Positions 19,417-28,391 of a DNA stretch of 64,000 nucleotides are shown here, one piece after another. Each line of letters opens with the position of its first letter. Positions within the stretch are counted from its first letter, which is position 1. The translations under genes and the position numbers were made by a program. The notes under the pieces were generated by a model. That model did no database searches, was not told where the DNA came from, and was given only the letters and a program-made list of their open reading frames with translations. This DNA is from a virus, in IMG/VR virus record IMGVR_UViG_3300045988_149625. One strand, 5' to 3'.

Positions 19417-20709
19417 ATGAAGGTACTCAATAATATAGACGAATATGTAGAAAAGATTCACAAATTGTTAGTAAACAAGGAGTATAAAGTTTCGGAATAT
19501 TATATAAAAGCAATTTATGAGCCTAAGCTAAGGCTTATTTACATATTACCCTTTTATCCAGATAATATAATATTTCACTGCATAATGAGGGTATTAGAGC
19601 CTATATGGGACAGTAGGTTTATTTATGATACTTATTCATGCAGGAAGGGTAAGGGGCAACATAAAGGAATGTTAAAGAGCACTATATACGTAAAGAATTA
19701 CAAATACTGCTTAAAATGTGATATAAGTCAGTTTTACCCAAGCCTTAATCATAGAATACTAAAGGAAAGTTTCCGTTGGAAAATCAAAGATAAGGACGTA
19801 TTGGAGCTACTTGACTTAATAGTAGATAGTGTTTCTGTGCGGGAAAGGAATCTAGATTTTTTAAAGTGCTGCAAGGCAAGTGATAAACATATGATGGAAC
19901 AGAAGCTTCAAACATTAAAAGAAGAGTTCCCAGAAGGAGATTTCGGTGTGCCTATTGGTAATTATCCTTCACAATGGTTCGGAAACCTTTATATGAACCC
20001 TTTAGATAACCTTATTAAGTACTGTTTCCATGCAAAAGCATATGTAAGATACTGCGACGATTTTGTTGTTTACAGTAATGATAAAAAGTGGTTACATAGT
20101 GTAGCTGCGGAGATAGAGAACTTTTGTAAGGAAAGATTAAAATTAAAGATGAGTAAGTGTCGGGTATTTCCTACGAAGTGTGGAGTAGATTTCTTAGGGT
20201 ATAAAGCATTTCCCAGTGGTAAGATTCTTTTGCGTAAAAGGACAGCAAAAAGAGTCCATAAACAAATAAAAGCATTATGGAAAGAGCTATCTTATGGGAA
20301 CTATGAACAAATGCTTTCTAAAGTGGGAAGCAGAATGGGGTATTTAAGGTACGCTAAAAGTTATAATTTTAGATTACAAATAAAGATTAAAGAGTTGGAA
20401 AGGGAACTAAAAAGGAGGATTAGTATGGTAGGTTATCCAAAAAATTTAAGCACAAAAGAAGATTATGAGTACGTGAGAACACATTTCCCTAAAAGTGATT
20501 GGCAGAAAGACTTTGAAAGTCTTTTACCTCGCAAGGAATGGTTCTTCATTGAAGAAACTAAGGTTAATAAAAAAGAAGATGCTACTCATAAAACAGAACC
20601 CTCTGACGATGAAGGGGTATTCTATCGTTATGAATTGAGGGGGGTAAGTAAGGCAGCAGAAATTGGATATACGGTAGAAGAAGTAGAGAAGATTCTAAGG
20701 AGTGAATAA
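19417..20709 (+). CDS. DGR reverse transcriptase
   Basis: YCDDFVV (YxDD) and IGNYPSQWFGNLYMNP (DGR-type SQ motif). N-terminal YEPKLRLI is typical of DGR RTs. The conserved sequence continues in frame upstream to 19339 and the RBS-linked TTG at 19315, but an in-frame TGA lies at 19336-19338. Confidence 0.85.
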   Translation: MKVLNNIDEYVEKIHKLLVNKEYKVSEYYIKAIYEPKLRLIYILPFYPDNIIFHCIMRVLEPIWDSRFIYDTYSCRKGKGQHKGMLKSTIYVKNYKYCLKCDISQFYPSLNHRILKESFRWKIKDKDVLELLDLIVDSVSVRERNLDFLKCCKASDKHMMEQKLQTLKEEFPEGDFGVPIGNYPSQWFGNLYMNPLDNLIKYCFHAKAYVRYCDDFVVYSNDKKWLHSVAAEIENFCKERLKLKMSKCRVFPTKCGVDFLGYKAFPSGKILLRKRTAKRVHKQIKALWKELSYGNYEQMLSKVGSRMGYLRYAKSYNFRLQIKIKELERELKRRISMVGYPKNLSTKEDYEYVRTHFPKSDWQKDFESLLPRKEWFFIEETKVNKKEDATHKTEPSDDEGVFYRYELRGVSKAAEIGYTVEEVEKILRSE

Positions 20710-20711
20710 TA

Positions 20712-21719
20712 ATGGTAGTAGATAATACAGTACAGTGGTTACAGCTTAATTTAAAAGAAACAGGTTTGCCAGTAGGGTTTGAATACTTTACAATGAACCC
20801 AAACATACCCGCAGGAAGTTTGCCGCTACAAGGTGGTCTTTATAGCAGATTAGCATATTCAGACCTTTGGGAATGGGTACAGAAACAGACAGGATATTTA
20901 AAGGCTGAGTCAGAGTGGCAGGAACTTGCGGTCAGTAATAGTGGAAATGTGCCGTTTTACAGTAGCGGTGATGGTAGCACTACATTTAGAGTTCCTGCGC
21001 TGAAATGCTGGGTGCGGGGTGCTAGTAGCATTAGTGAGGTTGGTGGCTATTTGACTGCTGGATTGCCGAATATTACAGGAAGTATGGGACTAGCTGGTGC
21101 TCCTATATCAAATGCTAATAATAGAAACTTATATCCAAGCATTCTAAATGGTGTGTTTGAGATACAAGAAGGGCAAGAAGAACATTGGGCGGGTGAGCAT
21201 AAGGCAAATACTTTTTCAAAAGATGCGATTATATTTAACGCTTTTCTTTCTAATCCCATCTACGGTGCATCCGATACTGTACAACCACCATCCATCGTAG
21301 GCTTATGGTGTGTAAAGGCTTATGGCACTGTTACAAATGTTGGTAGCACGGATGTGGCTAATTTAGCACAAGGACTAACACAAACTGAAACACGTATAAG
21401 TGCATTGGAAACAAACAAGGTTGACAAGGCTGGTAATGCATGGGTGGTAGAATCTTACCGCAACGGCACTGAATGGTATAGAGTATGGTCAGATGGTTGG
21501 GTAGAACAAGGTGGATATTTTGAAAAGAAAAGAGACACGGCTTTAACTGTTACATTTTTGAAGCCTTACGTAGATAATGAATATACGTTTGCTTGTATGC
21601 TAGCTAGAGAAAATGGTTCTACACCAAAACTAACCACAAAGACTACAACAGGTTTTTCTATGTACACTGCCTCATGGGACTATGATATGTATTGGCGCAC
21701 AGAAGGTAAGGGGGCTTAA
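20712..21719 (+). CDS. tail fibre protein with phage tail-collar domain
   Basis: NIPAGSLPLQGGLYSRLAYSDLWEWV matches the tail-collar motif (iPaGw..cdG...Yp.Lw). Confidence 0.5.
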   Translation: MVVDNTVQWLQLNLKETGLPVGFEYFTMNPNIPAGSLPLQGGLYSRLAYSDLWEWVQKQTGYLKAESEWQELAVSNSGNVPFYSSGDGSTTFRVPALKCWVRGASSISEVGGYLTAGLPNITGSMGLAGAPISNANNRNLYPSILNGVFEIQEGQEEHWAGEHKANTFSKDAIIFNAFLSNPIYGASDTVQPPSIVGLWCVKAYGTVTNVGSTDVANLAQGLTQTETRISALETNKVDKAGNAWVVESYRNGTEWYRVWSDGWVEQGGYFEKKRDTALTVTFLKPYVDNEYTFACMLARENGSTPKLTTKTTTGFSMYTASWDYDMYWRTEGKGA

Positions 21720-21725
21720 TTTATT

Positions 21726-22205
21726 ATGTTAGGCACAAAAATCTATAAAACTGATATGAGCAATTACACTGATTGTGCTATTTGGTGTAATCAAAACAAA
21801 GCAACTATTGAGGATAGGGGCACTTATTACGAAGTGGTAACTTTACCACTCCCGACGCTGCAAGAAATTAAGGTTGCCAAAATCGCAGAGCTTAAAGCCG
21901 AGAGGGATGCAAAAGAGGTTGAGCCGATTACCTACAACGGCAACAGCTATGATTACGATGACAAGGCACGTGACCGCATTAATGCAGCTATTGTTGCCCT
22001 GTCTGTACAAGGCACTGGTGCTGACTTAATGTGGACTACCGCTGACAACAAAGAAGTCCCTGTGACTGCCGACGATTTACGTATGGTAATCGCTGCTGTG
22101 GCGGTACGTAGCAATGCTTTGCATACTGCCTACCGTATAGCGAAAGAAAAAGTTGAAGCAGCGCAGAATAAAGAAGAAGTTGAAGCTATAATATTAAATG
22201 TGTAA
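21726..22205 (+). CDS. hypothetical protein (fibre-associated; locally higher GC)
   Basis: 159-aa ORF after the fibre gene. Its sequence looks visibly more GC-rich than its flanks. Confidence 0.25.
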   Translation: MLGTKIYKTDMSNYTDCAIWCNQNKATIEDRGTYYEVVTLPLPTLQEIKVAKIAELKAERDAKEVEPITYNGNSYDYDDKARDRINAAIVALSVQGTGADLMWTTADNKEVPVTADDLRMVIAAVAVRSNALHTAYRIAKEKVEAAQNKEEVEAIILNV

Positions 22206-22223
22206 TATTGAGAGGGTGGACTA

Positions 22224-22514
22224 ATGGATGGAAGAAATTTTGCAAATAGATTAAATAAAATGTCAAAGAATGTACTTAAACCTTTAATACCTGCACTTGG
22301 TTTACACAAGCGGGTTGAAAGGGTATTATATTTGAGGTACATTGAAGAGCAAAGTATTTATGATATAGCAGAGGATGCAGGAATGTCCTTTGATTCTCTT
22401 AATAATTATCTTAGTTTTGCAAGACATGAAATGCTTTCTACAATGCAACGAGATTTTGAGATATTACCAGATGATATTAAAAAGTTGATTAACATTGTAT
22501 TATCAGACTGTTAA
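22224..22514 (+). CDS. small HTH protein resembling sigma-70 region 4
   Basis: ...RVERVLYLRYIEEQSIYDIAEDAGMSFDSLNNYLSFARHEM... has a region-4-like pattern. Confidence 0.3.
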   Translation: MDGRNFANRLNKMSKNVLKPLIPALGLHKRVERVLYLRYIEEQSIYDIAEDAGMSFDSLNNYLSFARHEMLSTMQRDFEILPDDIKKLINIVLSDC

Positions 22515-22579
22515 AAGTTAGTTATTCACCCTTTAAAATATATGCTATAATTAAAATGTAAGTTGAGGAGGGGTGTGAA

Positions 22580-22990
22580 ATGTATCCTAATAATAATTAC
22601 TTTGGGCAAGGTTATATGAATTACCCATATTTTAATATGAATCAATCTGGGCAGCAAGGTTTTCAGCAGGGACAACAAGTAATGCCCCCAAATAAACCTC
22701 AAATGCCAAAAACCGCATTTGTAGCAAGTTTTGATGAGGTTAAATCTGCCGCTGTAGATTATGATGGAAGCCTTAAGGTTTTTGTAGATACGCAGCAGGA
22801 CAGAATTTATACAAAACAGTTTACAAATGAGGGTAAAGTTGATTATAAAGTATTTATTTTAAGTAAGGATGAACCGAGGGAAATAAGCCCTGCAAATTTT
22901 GCAACTAAAGACGACTTAGAGGTGTTGCTAAGTGAAGTTGCAGAATTAAAGGATAGTTTGAATAGGTTGGAAGGGGGAGCTACTAAATGA
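22580..22990 (+). CDS. hypothetical protein with Q/N/Y-rich low-complexity N-terminus
   Basis: MYPNNNYFGQGYMNYPYFNMNQSGQQGFQQGQQ... RBS ggaggggtgtgaaATG. Confidence 0.3.
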   Translation: MYPNNNYFGQGYMNYPYFNMNQSGQQGFQQGQQVMPPNKPQMPKTAFVASFDEVKSAAVDYDGSLKVFVDTQQDRIYTKQFTNEGKVDYKVFILSKDEPREISPANFATKDDLEVLLSEVAELKDSLNRLEGGATK

Positions 22991-23214
22991 TGAATCCGAT
23001 GCAGTTAATGGGAATGGTACAGGGGTCACAAAATCCCATGCAGTTAATGCAACAAATGTTTGGTGGCAATCCCCTATTTAACCAAGCTATGCAAATGGGA
23101 CGGGGGAAAAGCCCTGAACAGTTGCAACAAATAGTTAGAAATATTGCGCATACAAAAGGTATGAGTGATAATGATTTAAATAATTTTCTTTCACAATTTA
23201 ACCTAAGATTTTAG
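22987..23214 (+). CDS. hypothetical M/Q-rich small protein
   Basis: Repeated NPMQLM units. ATGA overlap with the upstream gene. Confidence 0.3.
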   Translation: MMNPMQLMGMVQGSQNPMQLMQQMFGGNPLFNQAMQMGRGKSPEQLQQIVRNIAHTKGMSDNDLNNFLSQFNLRF

Positions 23215-23271
23215 CAGACGCGCGGGCTAGAAGATTGGGCTGAAAATAAATCAATATAGGAGGTACTTACT

Positions 23272-23946
23272 ATGGAAGGTACTGGTGTTGTTCCTGTAAT
23301 GAATATGAACCGTGGATATGACAACGATTGGAGTAATGGTTGTGGTATGTGGTTCATGTGGATTATTGTTATCTTTGCCTTAATGGGCGGATGGGGAAAT
23401 GGTTTCGGTAATAACAGGGGTTTAAACGAAGCCTTAACTAGAAGCGACCTGCAAGCAGGTTTTGATAACCAATCTGTTCAAAGAGGTATAGCAGGTATTC
23501 AAAATGGTCTGTGTGACGGCTTTTATGCACAGAACACAACTATGTTAAACGGTTTCAATGGAGTACAGCGTGATTTAATGGCGAATGGTTATCAGTTAGG
23601 TAATCAAATCGCAGAAAACCGCTTTGCTGCACAAGATTGTTGCTGCACCACAAATCGCAACATAGATTCTGTAAGAGCTGAAAACTATAAGAATACTTGT
23701 GAAATTGTGAACGCAATTAATGCGGATGGTGAAAAGACACGTGCAGTAATGGTAGCTAATACCATTCAAGAACTTCGTGATAAACTTGCTGACAGAGATA
23801 GAGATTTGCAGACTGCTAATTTCCAGCTTAGTCAACAAGCGCAAAGTGCAGCCTTAATTGGTGCGCTTAGACCCTTCCCGCAGCCTGCATTTTTAACCTG
23901 CTCTCCTTATCAGAGCGCAGCAAATAATGTTTGTGGTTGTGTTTAA
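23272..23946 (+). CDS. hypothetical membrane protein
   Basis: N-terminal TM segment (MWFMWIIVIFALMGGWG). C-terminus is Cys-rich. RBS ggaggtacttactATG. Confidence 0.3.
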   Translation: MEGTGVVPVMNMNRGYDNDWSNGCGMWFMWIIVIFALMGGWGNGFGNNRGLNEALTRSDLQAGFDNQSVQRGIAGIQNGLCDGFYAQNTTMLNGFNGVQRDLMANGYQLGNQIAENRFAAQDCCCTTNRNIDSVRAENYKNTCEIVNAINADGEKTRAVMVANTIQELRDKLADRDRDLQTANFQLSQQAQSAALIGALRPFPQPAFLTCSPYQSAANNVCGCV

Positions 23947-23994
23947 ATAACTTGGGGTGTTAGTTCACCCCTTTATTTAAAGGAGGGATAAGGA

Positions 23995-24420
23995 ATGGCT
24001 TACTTAAATGCTATTAACTCTGTCACTCAGACAGTGGTAGCTGATGGGTATTTAGTATACGACACAAAAGCTGTAAGCGGTTGCAATAGTTGTTGCAATC
24101 AAGGAATTTTATTTACAGCAGGTAGTAATACAATTACTTTACGTAAAGCAGGAACTTACTTAGTCACTGTTAATGCGAATGTTACACCTACTGCGGCGGG
24201 GGATATTTCCCTACGCTTGGTTAAGAACGGTGTAGCAGTCCCTGGTGCTAGTGCTACTGCGACAGGTGTGGTAGCTACTACATTCCCTGCAAGTTTTACC
24301 ACTTTGATTACGGTTCTACCTTCTTGCAAAGCTATCAATAATGTAGCTTCACTGCAAGTACAGTTGACAGCTGCGGGAACGGTAACAAGCACTTCTTTCA
24401 CCGCTGTAAAAATTGCGTAG
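23995..24420 (+). CDS. hypothetical beta-rich protein (possible TNF-like/BclA-C-like fold)
   Basis: 141 aa, T/A/V-rich. RBS aaggagggataaggaATG. Confidence 0.3.
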   Translation: MAYLNAINSVTQTVVADGYLVYDTKAVSGCNSCCNQGILFTAGSNTITLRKAGTYLVTVNANVTPTAAGDISLRLVKNGVAVPGASATATGVVATTFPASFTTLITVLPSCKAINNVASLQVQLTAAGTVTSTSFTAVKIA

Positions 24421-24432
24421 AAGGGTGATTGA

Positions 24433-24762
24433 ATGGATAAAGAGGATAAATTACTAGAAGCTTTATTGAAGTCCACTAGCGATTGTGCTGAAATCAAGCA
24501 TAGTCAAGAAAGAGATATGAAAGAGATAGATGCAGTTAGAGAAAAGCTTGAACTGCAAGGCAAAAATATTGCCTTTCTTGAAGCCTCTTTGAAAGGTTTA
24601 GGGGAGTCCTTAGACCAAGAACGTAAACTTAATAGAGATAGACAGTTGGATTTTTCAAAATTATTGGAAGATAAGATAGGCACTCTGTATAAAGGAGTGT
24701 CTATTCTTACTGCTATAATATCTTTAGTTATAAGTTTAATTCATAATTTCTTTTCAAAGTAA
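24433..24762 (+). CDS. xhlA: XhlA-like lysis-associated protein
   Basis: Coiled-coil N-terminus plus a C-terminal TM (ILTAIISLVISLIH). Lies immediately upstream of holin and endolysin, as in PBSX. Confidence 0.5.
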   Translation: MDKEDKLLEALLKSTSDCAEIKHSQERDMKEIDAVREKLELQGKNIAFLEASLKGLGESLDQERKLNRDRQLDFSKLLEDKIGTLYKGVSILTAIISLVISLIHNFFSK

Positions 24763-24765
24763 GGA

Positions 24766-25029
24766 GTGCATTATATGAAAAGTTGGCTAGAAGTTTTTAA
24801 AGAGGGTGGAATCCTCAGTTTAACAAGGATATTAATAACACTTGGTTATGTAACATTTTTAGTGCTTTCTTGTATTCTTGCATTAACAGGACATTTTTGG
24901 GGCAATTATGCAGAATTTGCGTTTGCTACTGGTGGTGCGGTACTCGTACAGCTTGGTAATAAATACATTAATTCTCGTTATAATACGCCAGAAGGTTGTT
25001 TAGGCAAGGAAGTGAAACGTGATGTATAA
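24766..25029 (+). CDS. holin (two transmembrane domains)
   Basis: 87 aa, two hydrophobic helices with a charged C-terminus, between the XhlA-like gene and the endolysin. Confidence 0.5.
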   Translation: MHYMKSWLEVFKEGGILSLTRILITLGYVTFLVLSCILALTGHFWGNYAEFAFATGGAVLVQLGNKYINSRYNTPEGCLGKEVKRDV

Positions 25030-25447
25030 AAGTAAACATTGGACAGTAAATGAATGGGACTGCTTACAACGCAGCGAAAATCCATTTGCTTGGACAGAAG
25101 GTGGTAGACTTTGTACAGATGATGAGAGAACTGCAAATCTCTTTAAGATATTGGATATGCTAAGGGATTGGAATCCAAACTGGGTAGTTAATACTACAAA
25201 TGCAGGATATAAAAGCGGTTATCGTACAGAGTATATTAACGCCCTAGTTGGTGGTACAGGGGGAAGCTTGCATACACAAGGCTGTGCTGCTGACATACAT
25301 ATAGCAGGGCAAGACGATACAGATACAGCATTAGCAGATACAGTGTTGGTAGCTGCGGATGCTTGGGGCTTAAAAGATAAGCTAGGTATTGGATACTATG
25401 GTGATTGGATTCACATAGACTGCCGTGGGTATACATCAAGATGGTAA
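25019..25447 (+). CDS. endolysin, peptidase M15 (L-Ala-D-Glu/VanY-like) family
   Basis: SLHTQGCAADIH...DWIHIDCR has the M15 Zn-binding H/D/H pattern. Confidence 0.6.
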   Translation: MMYKSKHWTVNEWDCLQRSENPFAWTEGGRLCTDDERTANLFKILDMLRDWNPNWVVNTTNAGYKSGYRTEYINALVGGTGGSLHTQGCAADIHIAGQDDTDTALADTVLVAADAWGLKDKLGIGYYGDWIHIDCRGYTSRW

Positions 25448-25451
25448 TTTA

Positions 25452-25480
25452 GGGGTACAAAAGTACCCCTTATTTTTTAT
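25452..25480 (+). terminator. rho-independent terminator ending the late/lysis operon
   Basis: ggggtac-aaaa-gtacccc followed by ttattttttatt. Confidence 0.55.
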
Positions 25481-25482
25481 TC

Positions 25483-25511
25483 TTGACAGATGTTGTGTAA
25501 TATGTTATACT
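25483..25511 (+). promoter_or_regulatory. sigma-70-like promoter (TTGACA-N17-TATACT), start of early region
   Basis: ttgaca at 25483-25488 and tatact at 25506-25511. Confidence 0.45.
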
Positions 25512-25544
25512 AACCATAGTTTAAAAATGAAAGGAGTCTTAGAG

Positions 25545-25880
25545 ATGAAAGTAGTAGATTTGATTAAAATATTGCAGGGGCATCCAATGGACGCTTCTGT
25601 TTCTATTGAAGGTGATATGCTTAGAGTAGCAGGTTACGATAGCTGCATCTGTTCCACCGCTTACATATCTTTAAAAGATATTGTAAGCAAAAAGTTTCCT
25701 TTATCTAAAGAAAAAAGAGATGCAGTTTTAGAAGCATTGAATTTATTACATAATACATGCAAAGGTACAGACTGCTCGGACTGTGTTTTAGCTAGTGATT
25801 CTGGTGATTGTATCCTACTATTAAATTCGCCTGATAGGTGGGGTTTGAAAATAGTGGAACAGAATTGTAAGGAGGAATAA
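25545..25880 (+). CDS. hypothetical early protein
   Basis: RBS aaaggag 8 nt before the ATG at 25545. The six-frame track's 25425 start would overlap the endolysin and the terminator. Confidence 0.4.
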   Translation: MKVVDLIKILQGHPMDASVSIEGDMLRVAGYDSCICSTAYISLKDIVSKKFPLSKEKRDAVLEALNLLHNTCKGTDCSDCVLASDSGDCILLLNSPDRWGLKIVEQNCKEE

Positions 25881-26063
25881 ATGAAAGTATCAGAGTTTTG
25901 TGAAAGATTGTTAAGGCTCAGTGATGCGGACGGTGAATTGGTGTTTGTAACAGATACAGGTAGATTATATCATGCAGAGGATTGTGACATTTACCTAAAA
26001 GTTTTCGGAGCAAATACAGATAGGCTAATAATTGCCTTAGATGGTGATTTGGAGGGACATTAA
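25881..26063 (+). CDS. hypothetical small protein
   Basis: 60 aa. RBS aaggaggaataaATG. Confidence 0.35.
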   Translation: MKVSEFCERLLRLSDADGELVFVTDTGRLYHAEDCDIYLKVFGANTDRLIIALDGDLEGH

Positions 26064-26065
26064 AA

Positions 26066-26254
26066 ATGTTAGTAGGCGTTAATTCAGATGAGAGAATTGT
26101 CATTAAGAAGGATAATCATATTGAAATTGCTTATTTAGATGATGCAGGAATCCCACACATTACATTAAATTTTTTTAAGTTAAACAGTAAAGAAGTGCAG
26201 GCGTTTTGGGAGTTGGTTAATAAATTTAGGGGAGATATAAATGATAACTTATGA
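26066..26254 (+). CDS. hypothetical small protein
   Basis: 62 aa. RBS ggagggacattaaaaATG. Confidence 0.35.
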   Translation: MLVGVNSDERIVIKKDNHIEIAYLDDAGIPHITLNFFKLNSKEVQAFWELVNKFRGDINDNL

Positions 26255-27728
26255 AGAAAAACAGGGGCAGAAGTTGTTTAAAGGATTAACTCTTGAACAG
26301 CTTTCTAAGATTAAAGAAGATTTAACTTTTGATAACCCACAATATCAGAGTGCTATCCATTACAGTAAGTGGGGAAGTGTGCGTATTCCTTCAAAATTAA
26401 GATACTATAAACTAATTTCAAATGATATTTTAGTTCCTTTGGGGTACGAGGCACGTCCTTGTGCGGTTTTTGTTAAGAGCGACGCAAAGGATGATGTTGT
26501 CGAATACCCCCCTTTTCAATTAGAATTACGTGATATTCAAAAGAAAGCAGTTTCTACTTTTAGGGGCTTAGGAACACTTGTTTTACCAACAGGTACTGGA
26601 AAGAGTATTTGCGGTCTTTATTTGGCAGGTAAATTAGGTAAGAAAACTTTAATCGTGGTAAATAAAGATGATTTAGTAGATGGCTGGATTCAAGATGCAA
26701 AACTAGCCTATAATGATGCTTTGGATATTGGTTTGGTTAAAGGTAAGGTATTCAAAATTGGTGAACATATTACACTTACTACAATACAAACACTTTCTCG
26801 TTTAGGTGCGGATAAGCTTAAAAAATTGCATAATGAAATTTCCATGCTGATTGTAGATGAGGTACATCGTGCAGGTGCAGTTAGTTATCAAGTTCTTAAT
26901 GAGTTCCCTGCATACATTAGGTTAGGTCTGACAGCTACTAAAATGCGTAATGATGGCTTAGTAGATGTTATTGACTTACTCTGCGGCAGAACCTTATTTG
27001 ATGGGACAATGTGTGAAACAGATGCAATAATTCCTGCTGAGAACATTCATGTCATAAGCAGGAAAAGCAATATTTTTTGGCGGCCTAAAAAGGCGTATTA
27101 TAGTGTACACACAAAGAGAACTATAGAAGATTATGTCTGCAATCACAAAACTTATAAACGTGGTACTATTGAATGGGTATTAAAAATGGAAGAGCTTGTA
27201 TCAGAAGGTCTTGTGAAGCCATATCCATTACGTTTGCATGATGCTTATGATAAAATTGCAACAGATGAGGAATTTAATAACTTAGTTTGTGAGGATATTA
27301 AAAATGCTTATATGCAGAACAAGTCTTGCATAGTTTTCTGTAAAACTATTGAGCAGCTAGAACTTCTTTATAATAAGTTAATTCCTACCTGCCCTAAAAT
27401 TCAGAAATTTTATGGGAATATGTCTGATTCAAAGGCAGATATTAAAGCACGTGCTGAAAGTAAGGAAGTTCTTGTAACATTAGCAACGCTTTCCATTGCG
27501 TGTGAGGGTACAAATGTTAAAGCTTGGGAATATGGGTTTTTGGTAGCAGATATTGCAAATGACAAAGACTTGATACAAGCACTTGGAAGGTTGCGGAGAA
27601 CAGTTGAGGGAAAGACTGATGTTTATATTTTTGACTACCAACATCCTTTAATGGTAGCCATTAAAAACCATTGGTCTAAGCGTGTAGAATGTTATAAATC
27701 TCTTGGAATACCTATTGACAACTTTTAA
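26241..27728 (+). CDS. superfamily-2 DNA/RNA helicase (DEAD/DEAH-like)
   Basis: Walker A LPTGTGKS and DEVH box (LIVDEVHRAG). 495 aa. Confidence 0.6.
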   Translation: MITYEEKQGQKLFKGLTLEQLSKIKEDLTFDNPQYQSAIHYSKWGSVRIPSKLRYYKLISNDILVPLGYEARPCAVFVKSDAKDDVVEYPPFQLELRDIQKKAVSTFRGLGTLVLPTGTGKSICGLYLAGKLGKKTLIVVNKDDLVDGWIQDAKLAYNDALDIGLVKGKVFKIGEHITLTTIQTLSRLGADKLKKLHNEISMLIVDEVHRAGAVSYQVLNEFPAYIRLGLTATKMRNDGLVDVIDLLCGRTLFDGTMCETDAIIPAENIHVISRKSNIFWRPKKAYYSVHTKRTIEDYVCNHKTYKRGTIEWVLKMEELVSEGLVKPYPLRLHDAYDKIATDEEFNNLVCEDIKNAYMQNKSCIVFCKTIEQLELLYNKLIPTCPKIQKFYGNMSDSKADIKARAESKEVLVTLATLSIACEGTNVKAWEYGFLVADIANDKDLIQALGRLRRTVEGKTDVYIFDYQHPLMVAIKNHWSKRVECYKSLGIPIDNF

Positions 27729-27743
27729 AGTGTGTGGTATAAT
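27715..27743 (+). promoter_or_regulatory. sigma-70-like promoter
   Basis: ttgaca at 27715-27720 and tggtataat ending at 27743. Confidence 0.4.
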
Positions 27744-27797
27744 TAGTTACAGACATTGAGAAATGTTTATTTAAAGATTATTTGGAGGTTTTAAGAA

Positions 27798-27932
27798 TGG
27801 ACGAAAAACAATTTAAGGATTTTAAAAGACGTATTCCAATGTGCACAAAGAGCCGTAAATGGTTGCCCAATAATGCAGTAGAACGCCGTTTGTGGACAAA
27901 AATGCGCAAGGAGAATAAGAATGAAAATTAAT
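27798..27932 (+). CDS. small basic protein (44 aa), not in the ORF track
   Basis: RBS tttggaggtttt then ATG. Translates MDEKQFKDFKRRIPMCTKSRKWLPNNAVERRLWTKMRKENKNEN. ATGA overlap with the next gene. Confidence 0.35.
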
Positions 27933-28391
27933 ATTCCAACCAAAGAGAAGCAAATTGTTGATTTAAATGAAGCACCAAAAGAAACAACATTGACTGAGCT
28001 TTATGATGCGTATGCCTTATTCAGTAAAGTAGAAAATGATGCTAAAAAGAAAAAGGCAGAGATTAAGAAGCAGTTAGATGAATATTTTGACACGCAAGGT
28101 GTTAAAGATACTATGGGTAATGTTTGGCTTAACACACCGAACGGAAGCTTTAAAAAGCAGCAAAGGGTATCTCTTGGAATTAATGAAGAACTTGCAACAC
28201 AGGTATTAAGACGCTTAGATTTATTTGATAAGGTTGTTTCCTATGAACCAGTCTTTGATGTAGATGCGATTCAAGGATTTATTGCAGACGGCGTTATTTC
28301 CGATGAAGATATGAATAAGATATTTGAAAGGAAGATTACATATGCCCTTACCACGCAAAAAGGGAAGAAAGCGGAAGAAGTTTCCGAATAA
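27921..28391 (+). CDS. hypothetical protein
   Basis: 156-aa ORF. Confidence 0.35.
   Translation: MKINIPTKEKQIVDLNEAPKETTLTELYDAYALFSKVENDAKKKKAEIKKQLDEYFDTQGVKDTMGNVWLNTPNGSFKKQQRVSLGINEELATQVLRRLDLFDKVVSYEPVFDVDAIQGFIADGVISDEDMNKIFERKITYALTTQKGKKAEEVSE

Noticed and set aside
19173-19430. Minus-strand 85-aa ORF between TR and RT
   Set aside because: No RBS. It lies in the TR-RT spacer, which in DGRs is non-coding. It is on the opposite strand to every supported gene.
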